From assembly GCA_043827025.1 (NCBI GenBank), contig JBDRPL010000009.1, positions 17,604 to 81,603 on the forward strand: a stretch of 64,000 bases of DNA, in the 5' to 3' direction. This DNA is from Candidatus Micrarchaeota archaeon (GTDB taxonomy: Archaea > Micrarchaeota > Micrarchaeia > Anstonellales > Bilamarchaeaceae). Position 1 is the first letter of the stretch, and each line of letters opens with the position of its first letter. The notes beneath the pieces are model-generated. The model ran no database searches and had not been told where the DNA came from. It was given only the letters and a program-made list of their open reading frames with translations. Below, piece by piece: positions 9,077-19,811 of the stretch. The translations under genes were made by a program, and so were the position numbers.

Positions 9077-9958
9077 TTATCTTTTTTTATTTCTGTCTGC
9101 AGCTTTCATAGTATTCGCCAAAAGCATTGCAACTGTCAATGGCCCTACTCCTCCAGGAACTGGTGAGCAATTTGCTTTTTTAATGACTTCATCAAAGACG
9201 ACATCTCCAACTACTTTTTCTTTGCCATCAACCATTACTCTTGTGGTGCCGATATCAATCACAGTGGCTCCTTCCTTCACCATTTTTCCAGTTATGAGTT
9301 TTGGTGATCCGGCTGCTGCAAGAATTACGTCTGCATTGGTTGTGTGCTCCGCCAAGTTTCGAGTTTTGGAATGGCACAGGGTGACAGTCGCATTCTTATG
9401 AAGCAGCATCATCGCCAGTGGTTTTCCAACAGTATTTCCCCGTCCAATCACAACTGCTTTTTTGCCTTCAAGCTCAATTTTATAGAATTCAAGCATTTTC
9501 ATTACTCCAAGAGGAGTGGCTGGCCAGAACGTCTCACCATCAACTATGTTCTGCATTACTTTCCCCATATTTATCGAAGTGTATCCATCAACATCTTTTT
9601 TTGGGTCAATCGTCTCGATTACCATGTTCGTGTCAATGTGCTTTGGAATTGGAGTCTGTACAATGAATCCATCAATTTTTCTGTCATTGTTCAGTTTTTT
9701 GACCTCTTCAAGCAGCTTGTTTTCAGAAATAGATCCAGGGAACTTGTAAACCTCAGCTTTCACTCCAATCTCAGCAGCCTTCTCGCATTTCTTTCTAACA
9801 TAAACTTGCGATGGCTTGTCCTCACCTATCACAACTATCCCCAGGACGGGTGCCAAGCCTTTTTCCTTTATCTTTTTTTCCAATTCTTCAGTTATCTTCC
9901 CTGCAACTTCTTTTCCAGAAAGCGTTTTGTACATGTGGAAAACAATATCGTGAAACAA
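9077..9958 (-). CDS. folD: Methylenetetrahydrofolate dehydrogenase/cyclohydrolase
   Basis: YVRKK, KDVDG, GRGNTVGKP, PVPGGVGPLT. True start probably ATG9934. Confidence 0.95.
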   Translation of the reverse strand: MFHDIVFHMYKTLSGKEVAGKITEELEKKIKEKGLAPVLGIVVIGEDKPSQVYVRKKCEKAAEIGVKAEVYKFPGSISENKLLEEVKKLNNDRKIDGFIVQTPIPKHIDTNMVIETIDPKKDVDGYTSINMGKVMQNIVDGETFWPATPLGVMKMLEFYKIELEGKKAVVIGRGNTVGKPLAMMLLHKNATVTLCHSKTRNLAEHTTNADVILAAAGSPKLITGKMVKEGATVIDIGTTRVMVDGKEKVVGDVVFDEVIKKANCSPVPGGVGPLTVAMLLANTMKAADRNKKR

Positions 9959-10140
9959 ATAAAAACCATCAGGATTCCTTTTTTTGGTAGTTACCGAACG
10001 AGCGTTGCTAATAAACCCCTAGGTTTTGCCTACTTTCTGAGCAACCTTCAGACTTTATGAGCAAACGGGACTATTTTAGGAACGTTTACCGAACAGTAAG
10101 CTTTATAAATCTGTTTTTTGAAAAGGTATCAGGCGTTTTT

Positions 10141-12480
10141 ATGAATTGTCGAAACATCATGTTGGTTCTTCTGGGATTGTTATTGGTTAGTGGGTTTGGA
10201 TTTTCAGCTACTATTTTTGTTAATGGCACAGATACCCAAGCTCCCAATTGTGGTGGTTTTGATAGCCGGGGTTATGCAAATTATACTACAATCAGTGATG
10301 CCATAAGTTTTGCATCTGCAGGAGACCAGATAATTATATGTAAAAAAGATGGAGGGTATTTTGAAAACATCGTTGTTAACAAGTCTTTGAATATCACTAC
10401 TCCAAACAATGGTTCTGCAGCAACACTTTATGCTCTTAATACAAAATTGCCAGCCATAAACATAACAGCTAACTGGACAAACATATCATTTTTACATATC
10501 TCTGGTGCAGGTGTGAATGAGGTGGTAGGTGCTCCACCCGCTGGAATTCGCATAAATGCATCCCACATAAACATTTCAAACGTAAATATCTCCAATTGTA
10601 CTTATGGTGTTTATCTTGATGTTACTTTGGAGCATGTTGAATTTAGGGACAGTACCAGACCGCTCTATAATTATTTCTATAACAATAGGGTCTATAATAA
10701 TTCTATAGGGTTTTATCTGGCAGGCAATGGTACTTTTGTGAATAACACAGTTTTTGATAACTGGTTATATGGATTTTATATAAATGGAACTGCGAGCTAT
10801 TCAACGTTCATAAATAATACGGGATATAATTACACTGAAGCCGGAAATACCTCCGGCCAATTGGCTGGTTTCCAGGTGGAAGGGGCAAGCTACCTTAATT
10901 TTACCAACAATACGGCATACAATAACAATGTCGGATTTAACATAAGTACTTCGAATTATCTTAACCTTTCGAACAATACAGGTTACAACAACACTTATTA
11001 TAATTTCGGATTCAGTGGAAGCAGTGCAAACCTAAGCCACAACAATGTGACTAACATCTCAAGGGGTGTTGGGTATCAATTCGACACTCGTTCCAATGTA
11101 TCCTTTGCACAGAATAATTATGTATGGAACAGGACTGCAATTGGAATAGATATAAACATCAGTGGAGGAAGCGCAGTTACTACCTATTTCAATTCAATTT
11201 TCAATAATTTAACAACTACAAACGGCTCCATATTCTTTGATGCTGCTAAGGAGCTTCAAATCGTTGTATTCAGCCCTTCAAGCAGTGGGGCACTTCAAGA
11301 CACTACTTGTGCAGATTCTGCTTCCCGTAACAACTGTACCAGGGTTACATATTACAATAAAGATTATGTGAATTTGACTGCTAATTCAGTAGCTCCATCG
11401 ATACTCCTTGGTTTGTATTATAATACAAGCACTGATGCTACAACAAGTGATCTTGCAATTGGAAGGATCGGGTTGTACATCACAAGTGGAAGTGCATGGG
11501 AGCATCTTGGTGTTGATACATTAGATACTAGCAGAGGTACTGTGAGGAAAGTGTTGACTTCTCCAGAGGTAAACACTTCATCAATGACGTATGGAATTTC
11601 CAACTTAATTCTTCTTTCGACGTCTTGGGTATCCAGTCCTTCGACTACAAGCACCAAGTCATTCACTCTTTCAAAGGAATTCGACTGTAATACTGGGAAA
11701 CTGACTGTTGAGACTGGCGGTGTTTCATATGTTGATGTCAGTTTGGTTGAAACTTCTCCAATTTATGTTCTTATAAGTATGGAAACTACGACGGCAGATG
11801 GAGTGGAATTTACCATTACACAGAGCGGAACTTATAAGCTTCTGGCTGCTAGGTCAGGATACTATTCAGAACAGATAGTAGACATGGATCTGACTTTGTG
11901 TTCCGAACCAACTCCTCAGACAACTCCAGAATGCACAACTGATTCAGATTGCCTTAATTCAGAAACATGCATTGGTGGAAGCTGTGCAGCAGTAACTGGA
12001 GTATGCGGTTATGCTTCAGACCACGAATGGGTGGCATATGATTGTTGCATGGATTCAGATTGTTTGTCAGGTTACTCATGTGTCTCCCATGAATGTGTTT
12101 CAGTTGTTTCAGAACTGGAACAGCAGGCTCGTGAAGCACTTGAAAATGCAAATGCCAAGATCGCCATGGCAAAGGCAGAAGGAAAGGATGTTTCAGGAGC
12201 AGAGGCCAAATACATGGAGGCAGAACTCCTGTTCCAGGGTAATGATTACGAATCTGCAGTTTCAGTTTCAACACTTTCCGTGTCTTTGATAAAGGATAAA
12301 CCAAAGGCAAGTAGTGTGCCTCCGAAGACAACTACTACAACGACAACGCCAACAACACCTGCAAATCAGGAACTTCCTAAGCAGGATATGGGGGGCCTTA
12401 TTTTGATGTTAGGTGCAGGTGTAGTCTTATTAGTTGTTCTTGTTGGGGCTTACTTTGTGATGAAGGGAAAGAAAAAGTAA
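10141..12480 (+). CDS. Surface glycoprotein: signal peptide, NosD/CASH-like beta-helix repeats, Cys-rich module, Thr-rich stalk, C-terminal TM anchor
   Basis: Repeated N-N-T-x-Y-N-N turns, many N-x-S/T sequons, ECxxDSDC repeats, TM followed by KGKKK. Confidence 0.8.
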   Translation: MNCRNIMLVLLGLLLVSGFGFSATIFVNGTDTQAPNCGGFDSRGYANYTTISDAISFASAGDQIIICKKDGGYFENIVVNKSLNITTPNNGSAATLYALNTKLPAINITANWTNISFLHISGAGVNEVVGAPPAGIRINASHINISNVNISNCTYGVYLDVTLEHVEFRDSTRPLYNYFYNNRVYNNSIGFYLAGNGTFVNNTVFDNWLYGFYINGTASYSTFINNTGYNYTEAGNTSGQLAGFQVEGASYLNFTNNTAYNNNVGFNISTSNYLNLSNNTGYNNTYYNFGFSGSSANLSHNNVTNISRGVGYQFDTRSNVSFAQNNYVWNRTAIGIDINISGGSAVTTYFNSIFNNLTTTNGSIFFDAAKELQIVVFSPSSSGALQDTTCADSASRNNCTRVTYYNKDYVNLTANSVAPSILLGLYYNTSTDATTSDLAIGRIGLYITSGSAWEHLGVDTLDTSRGTVRKVLTSPEVNTSSMTYGISNLILLSTSWVSSPSTTSTKSFTLSKEFDCNTGKLTVETGGVSYVDVSLVETSPIYVLISMETTTADGVEFTITQSGTYKLLAARSGYYSEQIVDMDLTLCSEPTPQTTPECTTDSDCLNSETCIGGSCAAVTGVCGYASDHEWVAYDCCMDSDCLSGYSCVSHECVSVVSELEQQAREALENANAKIAMAKAEGKDVSGAEAKYMEAELLFQGNDYESAVSVSTLSVSLIKDKPKASSVPPKTTTTTTTPTTPANQELPKQDMGGLILMLGAGVVLLVVLVGAYFVMKGKKK

Positions 12481-12608
12481 TCCCTTATTTTTTATCATTT
12501 TTTCTTTTCATCTCTTTTTTCCATCCTTCGTTGTTGTTTTCACTTTTTTTGTCTTTTTTCATAGGCATATTTATAAATATAGTTCTCGTAGTTTTTTTAG
12601 GTGAATAT

Positions 12609-12842
12609 ATGGTAAAAAAATTAGTCAAGAGAGGGGATTCCTTCAAAGAGGCAAAGCTCAGAGCTTCCCTTAATCGTGCAGGCGTCCTTCCAAAACAATC
12701 TGGAGAAATCGTGGTATTGGTCAAAAAATATGTTGCAAAGGAAAGCAGGCCAACGACCTTGGGTGTAAGAAAGATTGTCGAAGTTTATCTAAAGAAAGAG
12801 AATCCAAAAGCCCACAAGAAGTACCACGTACATAAAAAATAA
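12609..12842 (+). CDS. Stand-alone ATP-cone-like small protein
   Basis: MVKKLVKRGDSFKEAKLRASLNRAG resembles the ATP-cone VxKR...F...KI..SL..AG pattern; AGGTGA SD. Confidence 0.6.
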   Translation: MVKKLVKRGDSFKEAKLRASLNRAGVLPKQSGEIVVLVKKYVAKESRPTTLGVRKIVEVYLKKENPKAHKKYHVHKK

Positions 12843-12888
12843 AAAATAATTTTTTTTCTTGTTTTTTTATTTTTTTGTATCCTAATTT

Positions 12889-13365
12889 TCAGTCAATGAC
12901 ATTTATCTGGATTGATTTGGTTATGTCCATTGACATGGGTACATCAAGGATTGCCTTAAGGCGCCATATGACTGGTGTTGCACTTGGTGTGCCAATTCTT
13001 CCAGCCATGAATGAACCTGCTCCACCCATGCCCGGTATTGCTGCGGGTGGGGATATATTCAGTTTTGGAACTGCTATTTCAAATGGGTATTTTTTGCTGG
13101 TATACTCCCTTTCTTTGTCAAGTGTGAGTGCAAATGAATAAAGCACTTCAGTATCTGTTGTTGTTGTCGGGGTTTGCCCTGGTTTGATTTCAACTCTTTT
13201 TACTTGCCTCTCAGCACGTATCTCTACCCTGAGTTCATTTGCCTTTTTTGGCTTTGGCAAATCAAGCACAACTTCTCCCTTTATTTTACTCCCTTTTTTT
13301 ACATTGGGGTCCTTGATAGTTATGCCTATCTTTCCTTCTCCGAAACCTAAAAAACCAAACATCAT
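12889..13365 (-). CDS. Arrestin-N/Spo0M-like beta-sandwich protein
   Basis: G..I.G.V.L, YPFEI.VP, W.LKA.LD.P pattern. Confidence 0.55.
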   Translation of the reverse strand: MMFGFLGFGEGKIGITIKDPNVKKGSKIKGEVVLDLPKPKKANELRVEIRAERQVKRVEIKPGQTPTTTTDTEVLYSFALTLDKEREYTSKKYPFEIAVPKLNISPPAAIPGMGGAGSFMAGRIGTPSATPVIWRLKAILDVPMSMDITKSIQINVID

Positions 13366-13423
13366 ATCATCACAAAGCTAATTCGAAAAGAAGATTAATT
13401 AATGTTTACTCCTGGGATTTGGC

Positions 13424-15319
13424 TCATTTGAGTCTTATTGCCTCGAGATTTGCCATTGCCCTTCCTTCCTTGCCAAGCATCATCTGTGCTCCTCTTGCAA
13501 GTTCGTCTGTCTTTCCCCAGTCTCCATGCATTGTAATGACTCTTTCTGGGCTTGGCCTTATATTTTTTATATACGCCATTAGCTGGGCTCTGTCTGAGTG
13601 GCCTGAGAATCCTTCTGCAGTTTCTATTTGCATATTTATGTTGAGTATTTTTAGTCTGCCGTCATCCCCTGTTATTGGTATTTCTTTCAAGCCCCTTTGG
13701 ATCTTACTTCCAAGCGAGAGCGCGCCCTGATATCCCACAAACACCAGTGTGTTCTTTGGGTCATCTGCCATGAGCTTGAGGTATTCATAAGAAGGGCCAC
13801 CATTAAGCATTCCTGAGGGCGCCAATATGATTGCAGGTTCTCCATTCGTTATTAATTCTTTTTCAACGCCTTTCGCAACCTTTATCATTGGAGATTCAAA
13901 TGGGCTGTTATTCGAAAGTATCCTTCTTTGGAGCTGTTCTCTAAGATACTCTGGGTATGCAGTGTGTATAGCAGATGCCTCAAGCACCATTCCGTCAATA
14001 TATAATGGTATATTGAAATTTGGGTTCATTCTGTAATACTCTTCAAGCACAAGCATGATTTCCTGGCTTCTTCCTACTGAAAATACTGGGATAAGGACCT
14101 TTCCTTTTCTGTCAATTGTCTGTTGGATTAGATCTGTTAATTTCTTCTCAGCTTCAACTCTTTTAGCCCCTATGTCATTTCTTCCTCCATAAGTACTTTC
14201 CACCATTAAGGTTTCTACTCTTGGGAAGTGGGTGTTTGCAGGTTCGAATAATTTTGTGAAGCCGAATTTTATGTCTCCAGAATATACTAAGTTGTGCGCA
14301 CCTTCTCCTATGTGAAGGTGTACGCTTGCGCTTCCTAAAATATGACCTGCATTATAGAATGTCATTTTTATTTCAGGGGTTATATCCACAACTTCGTTAT
14401 ATGGGACAGTTATCATGTGTTTGAGTTCTTTTTGTATGTCCTTCTTGGAATATGGCGGGTCTACGCCAAATGCTCTTTTTGTGAGGTTGACATAGTCTTG
14501 CTGAAGCAGTATTGTAAGGTCTCTTGTCGGTGGAGTGCAATAAACTGGCCCGTCATACCCGTATGCATAAAGGTAAGGTACGAAACCCGAGTGGTCTGTG
14601 TGGGCATGGCTTAGTACAACTGCATCCAATTCCTCAACAGAGAAACCCATCATATTAAGGTAAGGATATGCTTTAGTTGGATCGCCTGTTGAAGTATTGA
14701 CTCCGCAATCAAGTAGTATTTTGCTGTTAGGGGTCTGGACAAGTACGCAGGACCTTCCGATTTCTCTGAATGCGCCTAGCGATACTATTCTTATCCAGTC
14801 GCTTGTAGGCGGGGGTTGGCATATCTTCTTGCCGAGAGACACCAGGAATTTCTTTCTTTCAGCTGCCTCTGCTATCAAGCTCTTTCTTATCCCATCTATT
14901 GTTGAAGATGGCATTGTTGGTGCCCTTTTTGCAATAGGGGTCCAGTTCGTCTGCATCATCATCTCTTTAAGTATTGAGCCGCCCTTTCCTATTACTAATC
15001 CTGGCTTAACTGCCTCTATGAACACTTCAGAAAATTCAGGGTTGAATCTTATGTCTTTCAACTCTGCTTCTTTTGGGATTATGCTCTCGATTATCTTTTT
15101 TGCGGATTCAGGTTCCATGAGAGCTGAAGGGTCTACTCTAATACTGACCTTCTTCTTCAATGTTCCTGCAATCTCTTTTATGAGCTGGTCATTCTTGTAG
15201 AACTCTTTTATGTTTCTTATGTAAATCACAGTTTCAAGTCCTTCTGGCTCGACTTTTGTGATTTCACATGTCTTTGGCATTATTGCATGTACTGCTTTTT
15301 CAATGTCTTTATAGTGCAC
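13424..15319 (-). CDS. aCPSF1/FttA KH-domain beta-CASP ribonuclease
   Basis: KH PGLVIGKGG, SHAHTDH, NAGHILGS, FSGHSD. Confidence 0.95.
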   Translation of the reverse strand: MHYKDIEKAVHAIMPKTCEITKVEPEGLETVIYIRNIKEFYKNDQLIKEIAGTLKKKVSIRVDPSALMEPESAKKIIESIIPKEAELKDIRFNPEFSEVFIEAVKPGLVIGKGGSILKEMMMQTNWTPIAKRAPTMPSSTIDGIRKSLIAEAAERKKFLVSLGKKICQPPPTSDWIRIVSLGAFREIGRSCVLVQTPNSKILLDCGVNTSTGDPTKAYPYLNMMGFSVEELDAVVLSHAHTDHSGFVPYLYAYGYDGPVYCTPPTRDLTILLQQDYVNLTKRAFGVDPPYSKKDIQKELKHMITVPYNEVVDITPEIKMTFYNAGHILGSASVHLHIGEGAHNLVYSGDIKFGFTKLFEPANTHFPRVETLMVESTYGGRNDIGAKRVEAEKKLTDLIQQTIDRKGKVLIPVFSVGRSQEIMLVLEEYYRMNPNFNIPLYIDGMVLEASAIHTAYPEYLREQLQRRILSNNSPFESPMIKVAKGVEKELITNGEPAIILAPSGMLNGGPSYEYLKLMADDPKNTLVFVGYQGALSLGSKIQRGLKEIPITGDDGRLKILNINMQIETAEGFSGHSDRAQLMAYIKNIRPSPERVITMHGDWGKTDELARGAQMMLGKEGRAMANLEAIRLK

Positions 15320-15449
15320 TTTTACACCTCGAATTTTATCTATGGTTTTATGGATAATATGTTCGCTTTATTTTAATGTAAAAAATTAAATAAGAAAAAT
15401 CAATAACTGAAATCTATTTAGATTCTAAGTTTATTTTGCCATGATTTAA

Positions 15450-16094
15450 TCAGGATTCAATTATTTTTTTGACATCCTCCTTCCTCATCCTCTGAAATCC
15501 GTTCTTGTCTATTACGACCAAATCTACTCTTTCACCGCTTGCAGCATCTCTTTTCATTGCAGATGTGACTGCCTTTGCAGCTATAAGCAGATTCTCATGT
15601 ACTGTGGCATTGTCGGTGTAAAGGTCTTCAATGACACCGTATGCAATTGGCGAACCGCTGCCTGTGGATGTCAACTTCTCTTCAGTGACTCCTCCGAGCA
15701 TATCAATACTATATAATCTTGGTTTGCTGTCATATCCGCCAAGGAGTATCTGCACCCAAAAGGGGTAATATTTATGCCCTGCCAGTATGTTTGCAAGTAA
15801 TGTAGCTGCTGCCTGTATTGATGCTTTTTTACTGTGTTTCAATTCATATAATTTCAATTCTGCAGACATCCACCTTATGAGTGTTTGTGCATCTCCCACG
15901 CTTCCTGCGATAGTCATGCCTATGTGCTTGTCTATTGGATATATCTTATCAATATCCTTGCTTGCGATCAAGTATCCCATCGTGGCACGTCTGTCCGATG
16001 CCAGGACTACGCTGTCCTTTCCGACTAATCCGACAGTTGTTGTACCGGTTTTGATGATCCTCTCGTTTTTCATGCTTTCTTTTTGGTCATCCAT
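15450..16094 (-). CDS. psmB: Proteasome beta subunit
   Basis: KTG|TTTVG propeptide site, AGSVGDAQ, TGSGS, RDAASG. Confidence 0.95.
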   Translation of the reverse strand: MDDQKESMKNERIIKTGTTTVGLVGKDSVVLASDRRATMGYLIASKDIDKIYPIDKHIGMTIAGSVGDAQTLIRWMSAELKLYELKHSKKASIQAAATLLANILAGHKYYPFWVQILLGGYDSKPRLYSIDMLGGVTEEKLTSTGSGSPIAYGVIEDLYTDNATVHENLLIAAKAVTSAMKRDAASGERVDLVVIDKNGFQRMRKEDVKKIIES

Positions 16095-16196
16095 TTTAAA
16101 TCATCTCGGGAGAATAAGTTATTATTAACTTAGACACTAATCTTTTTAAAGCTGAGTCTCCTCTGTTTTTAATAATCTTACCTTAGAAACCTAGGT

Positions 16197-18722
16197 ATGC
16201 ATAGCCAGGACATTTCAGAAGTCATGAAGCAACTTTTCTCAGCTGGTGATGGTCTTTCTTCAGAAGAAGCACAAAAAAGACTTGAAAAATATGGGAAGAA
16301 TGAGCTGGGTGATTCATACAAGCGGACTGCATGGGGCATACTCACAAGCCAGTTCAAGAATTTTCTTTTTTTCCTGCTCATTGCAGCAGTAATAATTTCC
16401 CTTGCCATAGGGCATACTATTGATGCAATTGCAATTTCTGTTGCTATACTTCTTTCAGTTGGTTTTGGATTTTTCCTTGAATATCGTGCTGACAAGAGCC
16501 TTGAAGCCCTGAAGTCAATTGCAGAATCAGAGGTTGTGGTCAAGCGTGATGGGGCCAATAAATTAGTTTCATCTTTGGAACTTGTTCCCGGTGACATTGT
16601 TTATCTGACTGAGGGTTCGAAAATATCTGCTGATGCAAGGCTTTTGAGCGCCCTTGAACTGGAAGTCAATGAAGCTTACCTCACAGGTGAATCAAGGGCA
16701 ATACGAAAGGCAGTGGATGTGCTTCAGGAGAACACCATTCTGGCAGAAAGGAAGAACATGGTGTATTCGGGGAGTTTCGTCACAAAAGGCGAAGGCAGTG
16801 CCATAGTTGTTGCAACGGGGAATCTTACAGAACTAGGAAAGATATCTTCTGCGCTTGCCAAGGTTGAAAGTGGCGAGACTGTTCTCCAGCGATCTCTTAA
16901 TGACCTTGGAAAAAAAGTCTCCATAGCTTCCATATTAATAATCATTCTCCTTTTCGCAGTGGGTTTGCTTCAGCAAAAGAATCCTGTTGATCTATTCGTA
17001 CTTTCTGTCTCGCTCGCAGTCGCAGCTGTGCCTGAGGGCCTTATAACCGTATTGACAATAATTCTTGCCCTTGGCGTAAGAAGAATGGCTGAGCATAATG
17101 CCCTTGTGCGTAACATCCAATCTGTAGAGACGCTTGGAACATCCACAGTGCTTGTTGTGGACAAGACAGGAACACTAACTCTTGGAAAGATGAAACTCAC
17201 TACAATATTCACAGACAATTCTTTTTATGGGACAAAAGATGTTCCCAAGAAAAACAAATCTATCTTCTATTCAATTCTCTGTACCTATGCAAAGGTGACT
17301 GATAAGGGGTTTTTCGGAGACGAAATGGACAAATCTATATTAGAATCAGGGGAATCGCTTGGATTTGACGTGAGGGAAATCAAGGATTCCAACCAGCCCA
17401 TAGAAGCGTATCCATTTGATAATGAGAAAAAAAGAATGAAGATGTTGTTCAACATAAGCGGCAAGGAAGTCATGATCATGAAGGGCGCGCCTGAAAGAAT
17501 CATTTCTTTGTGCCACAAGGCGGATGTGAATGGAAAGATAGTTGATTTTGATAAGAAGGAGCTTGATGATGAATTGCTTAAATTTACCTCTGATGGCCTG
17601 AGGGTGCTTGCCTTGGCCTATAGAAAAAACAATAGCAAAGACATTATTTTTTTGGCATTGCTCGGATTCCAGGATCCTCCACGGAAGAATGTGCTTGAGA
17701 CGCTCAATGAAGCAAAATCCCAGGGATTGAGGATAATCATGCTTACTGGGGATAATCTGGAGACTGCCATTTCAATAGGCAAGCAGGTTTGCCTTGTTAC
17801 AGATGAGTCCCAGGCAGTGCTGTGGAAGAGTCTTGAGCAGCTTGATGATAAACAGCTTAAGCAGAAACTTTCAAATATTTCCATAATTGCAAGGTCAACC
17901 TCGCTTAGTAAACTTAGGATAGTTGAGATGCTCATACAGATGGGTGAGATAGTTGCAGTTACAGGGGATGGTGTAAATGATGCGCCTGCATTGAAAAAAG
18001 CTCATGTAGGGGTTGTTATGGGCTCAGGAACCGATGTCAGCAAGGAAGCTGGCAAATTGATTTTAATGGATGATGACCTCTCTACGTTGATTGCTGCCAT
18101 TCGCTACGGGCGAACAGTATTCAGCAACATAATAAGTTTCATAAGATTTCAGTTCACCACAAATGTGTCGACCCTGCTCTTGTTCATTACTACCTTTTTC
18201 GCAGGTATTCCTTCGTTGCTTACTCCGGTCCAGATACTTTTCATTAACATAATCATGGATGGCCCGCCTGCGCTTGCACTTGGTTTTGAGGATTCTGCAA
18301 ATACTAACAAGGTCCATCGAAAGATCTTTTCTAAGAATGTCCTCTGTTCCATTGCAGTATCAGCAGTTTTCATGGTGCTTGTGACGTTGTATATTTTTTC
18401 ATCATTTGATCCTCAGAAAGTCCTTACGGGCACGTTTGTTGTTTTTGTTCTGATGCAGCTCTTCAATTCATTGAACTGTCGTTCTCTTTCTAACTCGTTT
18501 TTCTACAAGCCACAGAACAACAAGTACATCTTCGGCACATTCTTTGCAATGCTTGCAATACTTTACCTCATTGTAGAGCTTCCTTTCTTTGAGACATACA
18601 TGGGCACAACAGGCCTTTCTCCGAACGAATGGATTTATCTCTTGGCAATAAGTGCATCAGTGCTTGTTCTCGAAGAGGTGAAGAAGAGAGTTTTCAAAAG
18701 GTATTTTTTGCAGGAGGAGTAA
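16197..18722 (+). CDS. Cation-transporting P-type ATPase (P2-like)
   Basis: TGES, PEGL, DKTGT, TGDN, GDGVND. Confidence 0.93.
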   Translation: MHSQDISEVMKQLFSAGDGLSSEEAQKRLEKYGKNELGDSYKRTAWGILTSQFKNFLFFLLIAAVIISLAIGHTIDAIAISVAILLSVGFGFFLEYRADKSLEALKSIAESEVVVKRDGANKLVSSLELVPGDIVYLTEGSKISADARLLSALELEVNEAYLTGESRAIRKAVDVLQENTILAERKNMVYSGSFVTKGEGSAIVVATGNLTELGKISSALAKVESGETVLQRSLNDLGKKVSIASILIIILLFAVGLLQQKNPVDLFVLSVSLAVAAVPEGLITVLTIILALGVRRMAEHNALVRNIQSVETLGTSTVLVVDKTGTLTLGKMKLTTIFTDNSFYGTKDVPKKNKSIFYSILCTYAKVTDKGFFGDEMDKSILESGESLGFDVREIKDSNQPIEAYPFDNEKKRMKMLFNISGKEVMIMKGAPERIISLCHKADVNGKIVDFDKKELDDELLKFTSDGLRVLALAYRKNNSKDIIFLALLGFQDPPRKNVLETLNEAKSQGLRIIMLTGDNLETAISIGKQVCLVTDESQAVLWKSLEQLDDKQLKQKLSNISIIARSTSLSKLRIVEMLIQMGEIVAVTGDGVNDAPALKKAHVGVVMGSGTDVSKEAGKLILMDDDLSTLIAAIRYGRTVFSNIISFIRFQFTTNVSTLLLFITTFFAGIPSLLTPVQILFINIIMDGPPALALGFEDSANTNKVHRKIFSKNVLCSIAVSAVFMVLVTLYIFSSFDPQKVLTGTFVVFVLMQLFNSLNCRSLSNSFFYKPQNNKYIFGTFFAMLAILYLIVELPFFETYMGTTGLSPNEWIYLLAISASVLVLEEVKKRVFKRYFLQEE

Positions 18723-19521
18723 TGGTTGCTCCGAAAAGATATTCATTGTAATTCAAACCGCCAGGTGGGCAGAATATATTTTCCTCGCAATTTTCTTCAT
18801 CCATAACTACTTCGTATCTATTTGCCAAAAGCAGTGCTCTGATTGATTCTGGGCTAACCAGGGAATCCATGGCTATGAATAGAATTCCATCTTTTGTAAG
18901 CAATTCTGGAAAAACATTCTTGAACGGCAGTTCGATTAACATCATTTTCATGCCTTCAAGTATTGGATAAAGCGGTTGGCTTTCAATACATTTTGGATCA
19001 ATCCCGAATCTGCTGGTGATTATTTCCATAATCGGAGATCTTAGCTCTTCGAACATTTCTTTTTCAGGCTCAGTTTTGCCAGAGGCAATCCTTTTTTCCT
19101 TAGTGTGCTTTATGGTTTCAAGTAAGTCTATAGGAGGGCTTGGATTAAAGAGAGTTATTATATTGAATTTTCCCAGAAAGTGTCCCATTTCCGGGGAACA
19201 AGTTAAAAGTTCAAGAGGCCTGAGGAATGTTGCATAAATTTCAGCGCCTTTCAGCCCGACATATCTTTTTTCCGCTTTCCCATAGGAATCTATACCGATG
19301 AGTCTTATCCTTCTTGGTGAAAGCATTCCTCTTAGCCCATCAATTGCAAATTTCAGCGCCACTGCTGTTCCAATTCCAACTGATCCAGAACCGTCTGCGC
19401 ATCTGAAGTCCAATATGCGTATGATTTCTTTTCTGCCTAATCTTTCTTCCACAATTGGGTGTGCCAAAAATCTTTGCATTGTCTTGAATGCCTTTTCCTG
19501 GCGTTGTTGGGCGAATTGCAT
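18694..19521 (-). CDS. Orphan protein with degenerate class I methyltransferase-like fold
   Basis: ILDFRCADG, LIGID, FNIITLFNP, LTKDGILFI strand pattern. Confidence 0.5.
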   Translation of the reverse strand: MQFAQQRQEKAFKTMQRFLAHPIVEERLGRKEIIRILDFRCADGSGSVGIGTAVALKFAIDGLRGMLSPRRIRLIGIDSYGKAEKRYVGLKGAEIYATFLRPLELLTCSPEMGHFLGKFNIITLFNPSPPIDLLETIKHTKEKRIASGKTEPEKEMFEELRSPIMEIITSRFGIDPKCIESQPLYPILEGMKMMLIELPFKNVFPELLTKDGILFIAMDSLVSPESIRALLLANRYEVVMDEENCEENIFCPPGGLNYNEYLFGATITPPAKNTF

Positions 19522-19592
19522 TGTGTTTAATGATGTTCCAAAAAGTTTATATTTTTGACATAATCAAGTAAATCGGATAAAAAGAGAAGATT

Positions 19593-19746
19593 TGGGGTCA
19601 TAGGGATTCGAACCCTAATATGCAGATAACGGCTCTTGTTTGCCTGTTTGTTTCCAAACAGGCTAGATCTGGAGTCTGCCGTGTTACCTGGTTGTGCGCT
19701 TCTGTGCACAAATTTGAACGCAGTTCAAGCTTTGCACCATGACCCC
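19593..19746 (-). tRNA. tRNA-Trp(CCA) with two introns (15/16: 19731-19692; 37/38: 19668-19628)
   Basis: Spliced cloverleaf GGGGTCA-TG-GTGCAA|CCAGGTAACAC-G-GCAGA-CTCCAG|A-TCTGC-ATAT-TAGGG-TTCGAAT-CCCTA-TGACCCC-A; BHB geometry at both introns. Confidence 0.9.
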
Positions 19747-19811
19747 GAAGCCATGAATTCTCGTCATCTGATCGAGAGCATCTATTTTTAGGAGGCGACG
19801 ATTTTAAATTC

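Noticed and set aside
19527..19709. 60-aa ORF on -
   Set aside because: Overlaps the tRNA-Trp gene; not protein-like.
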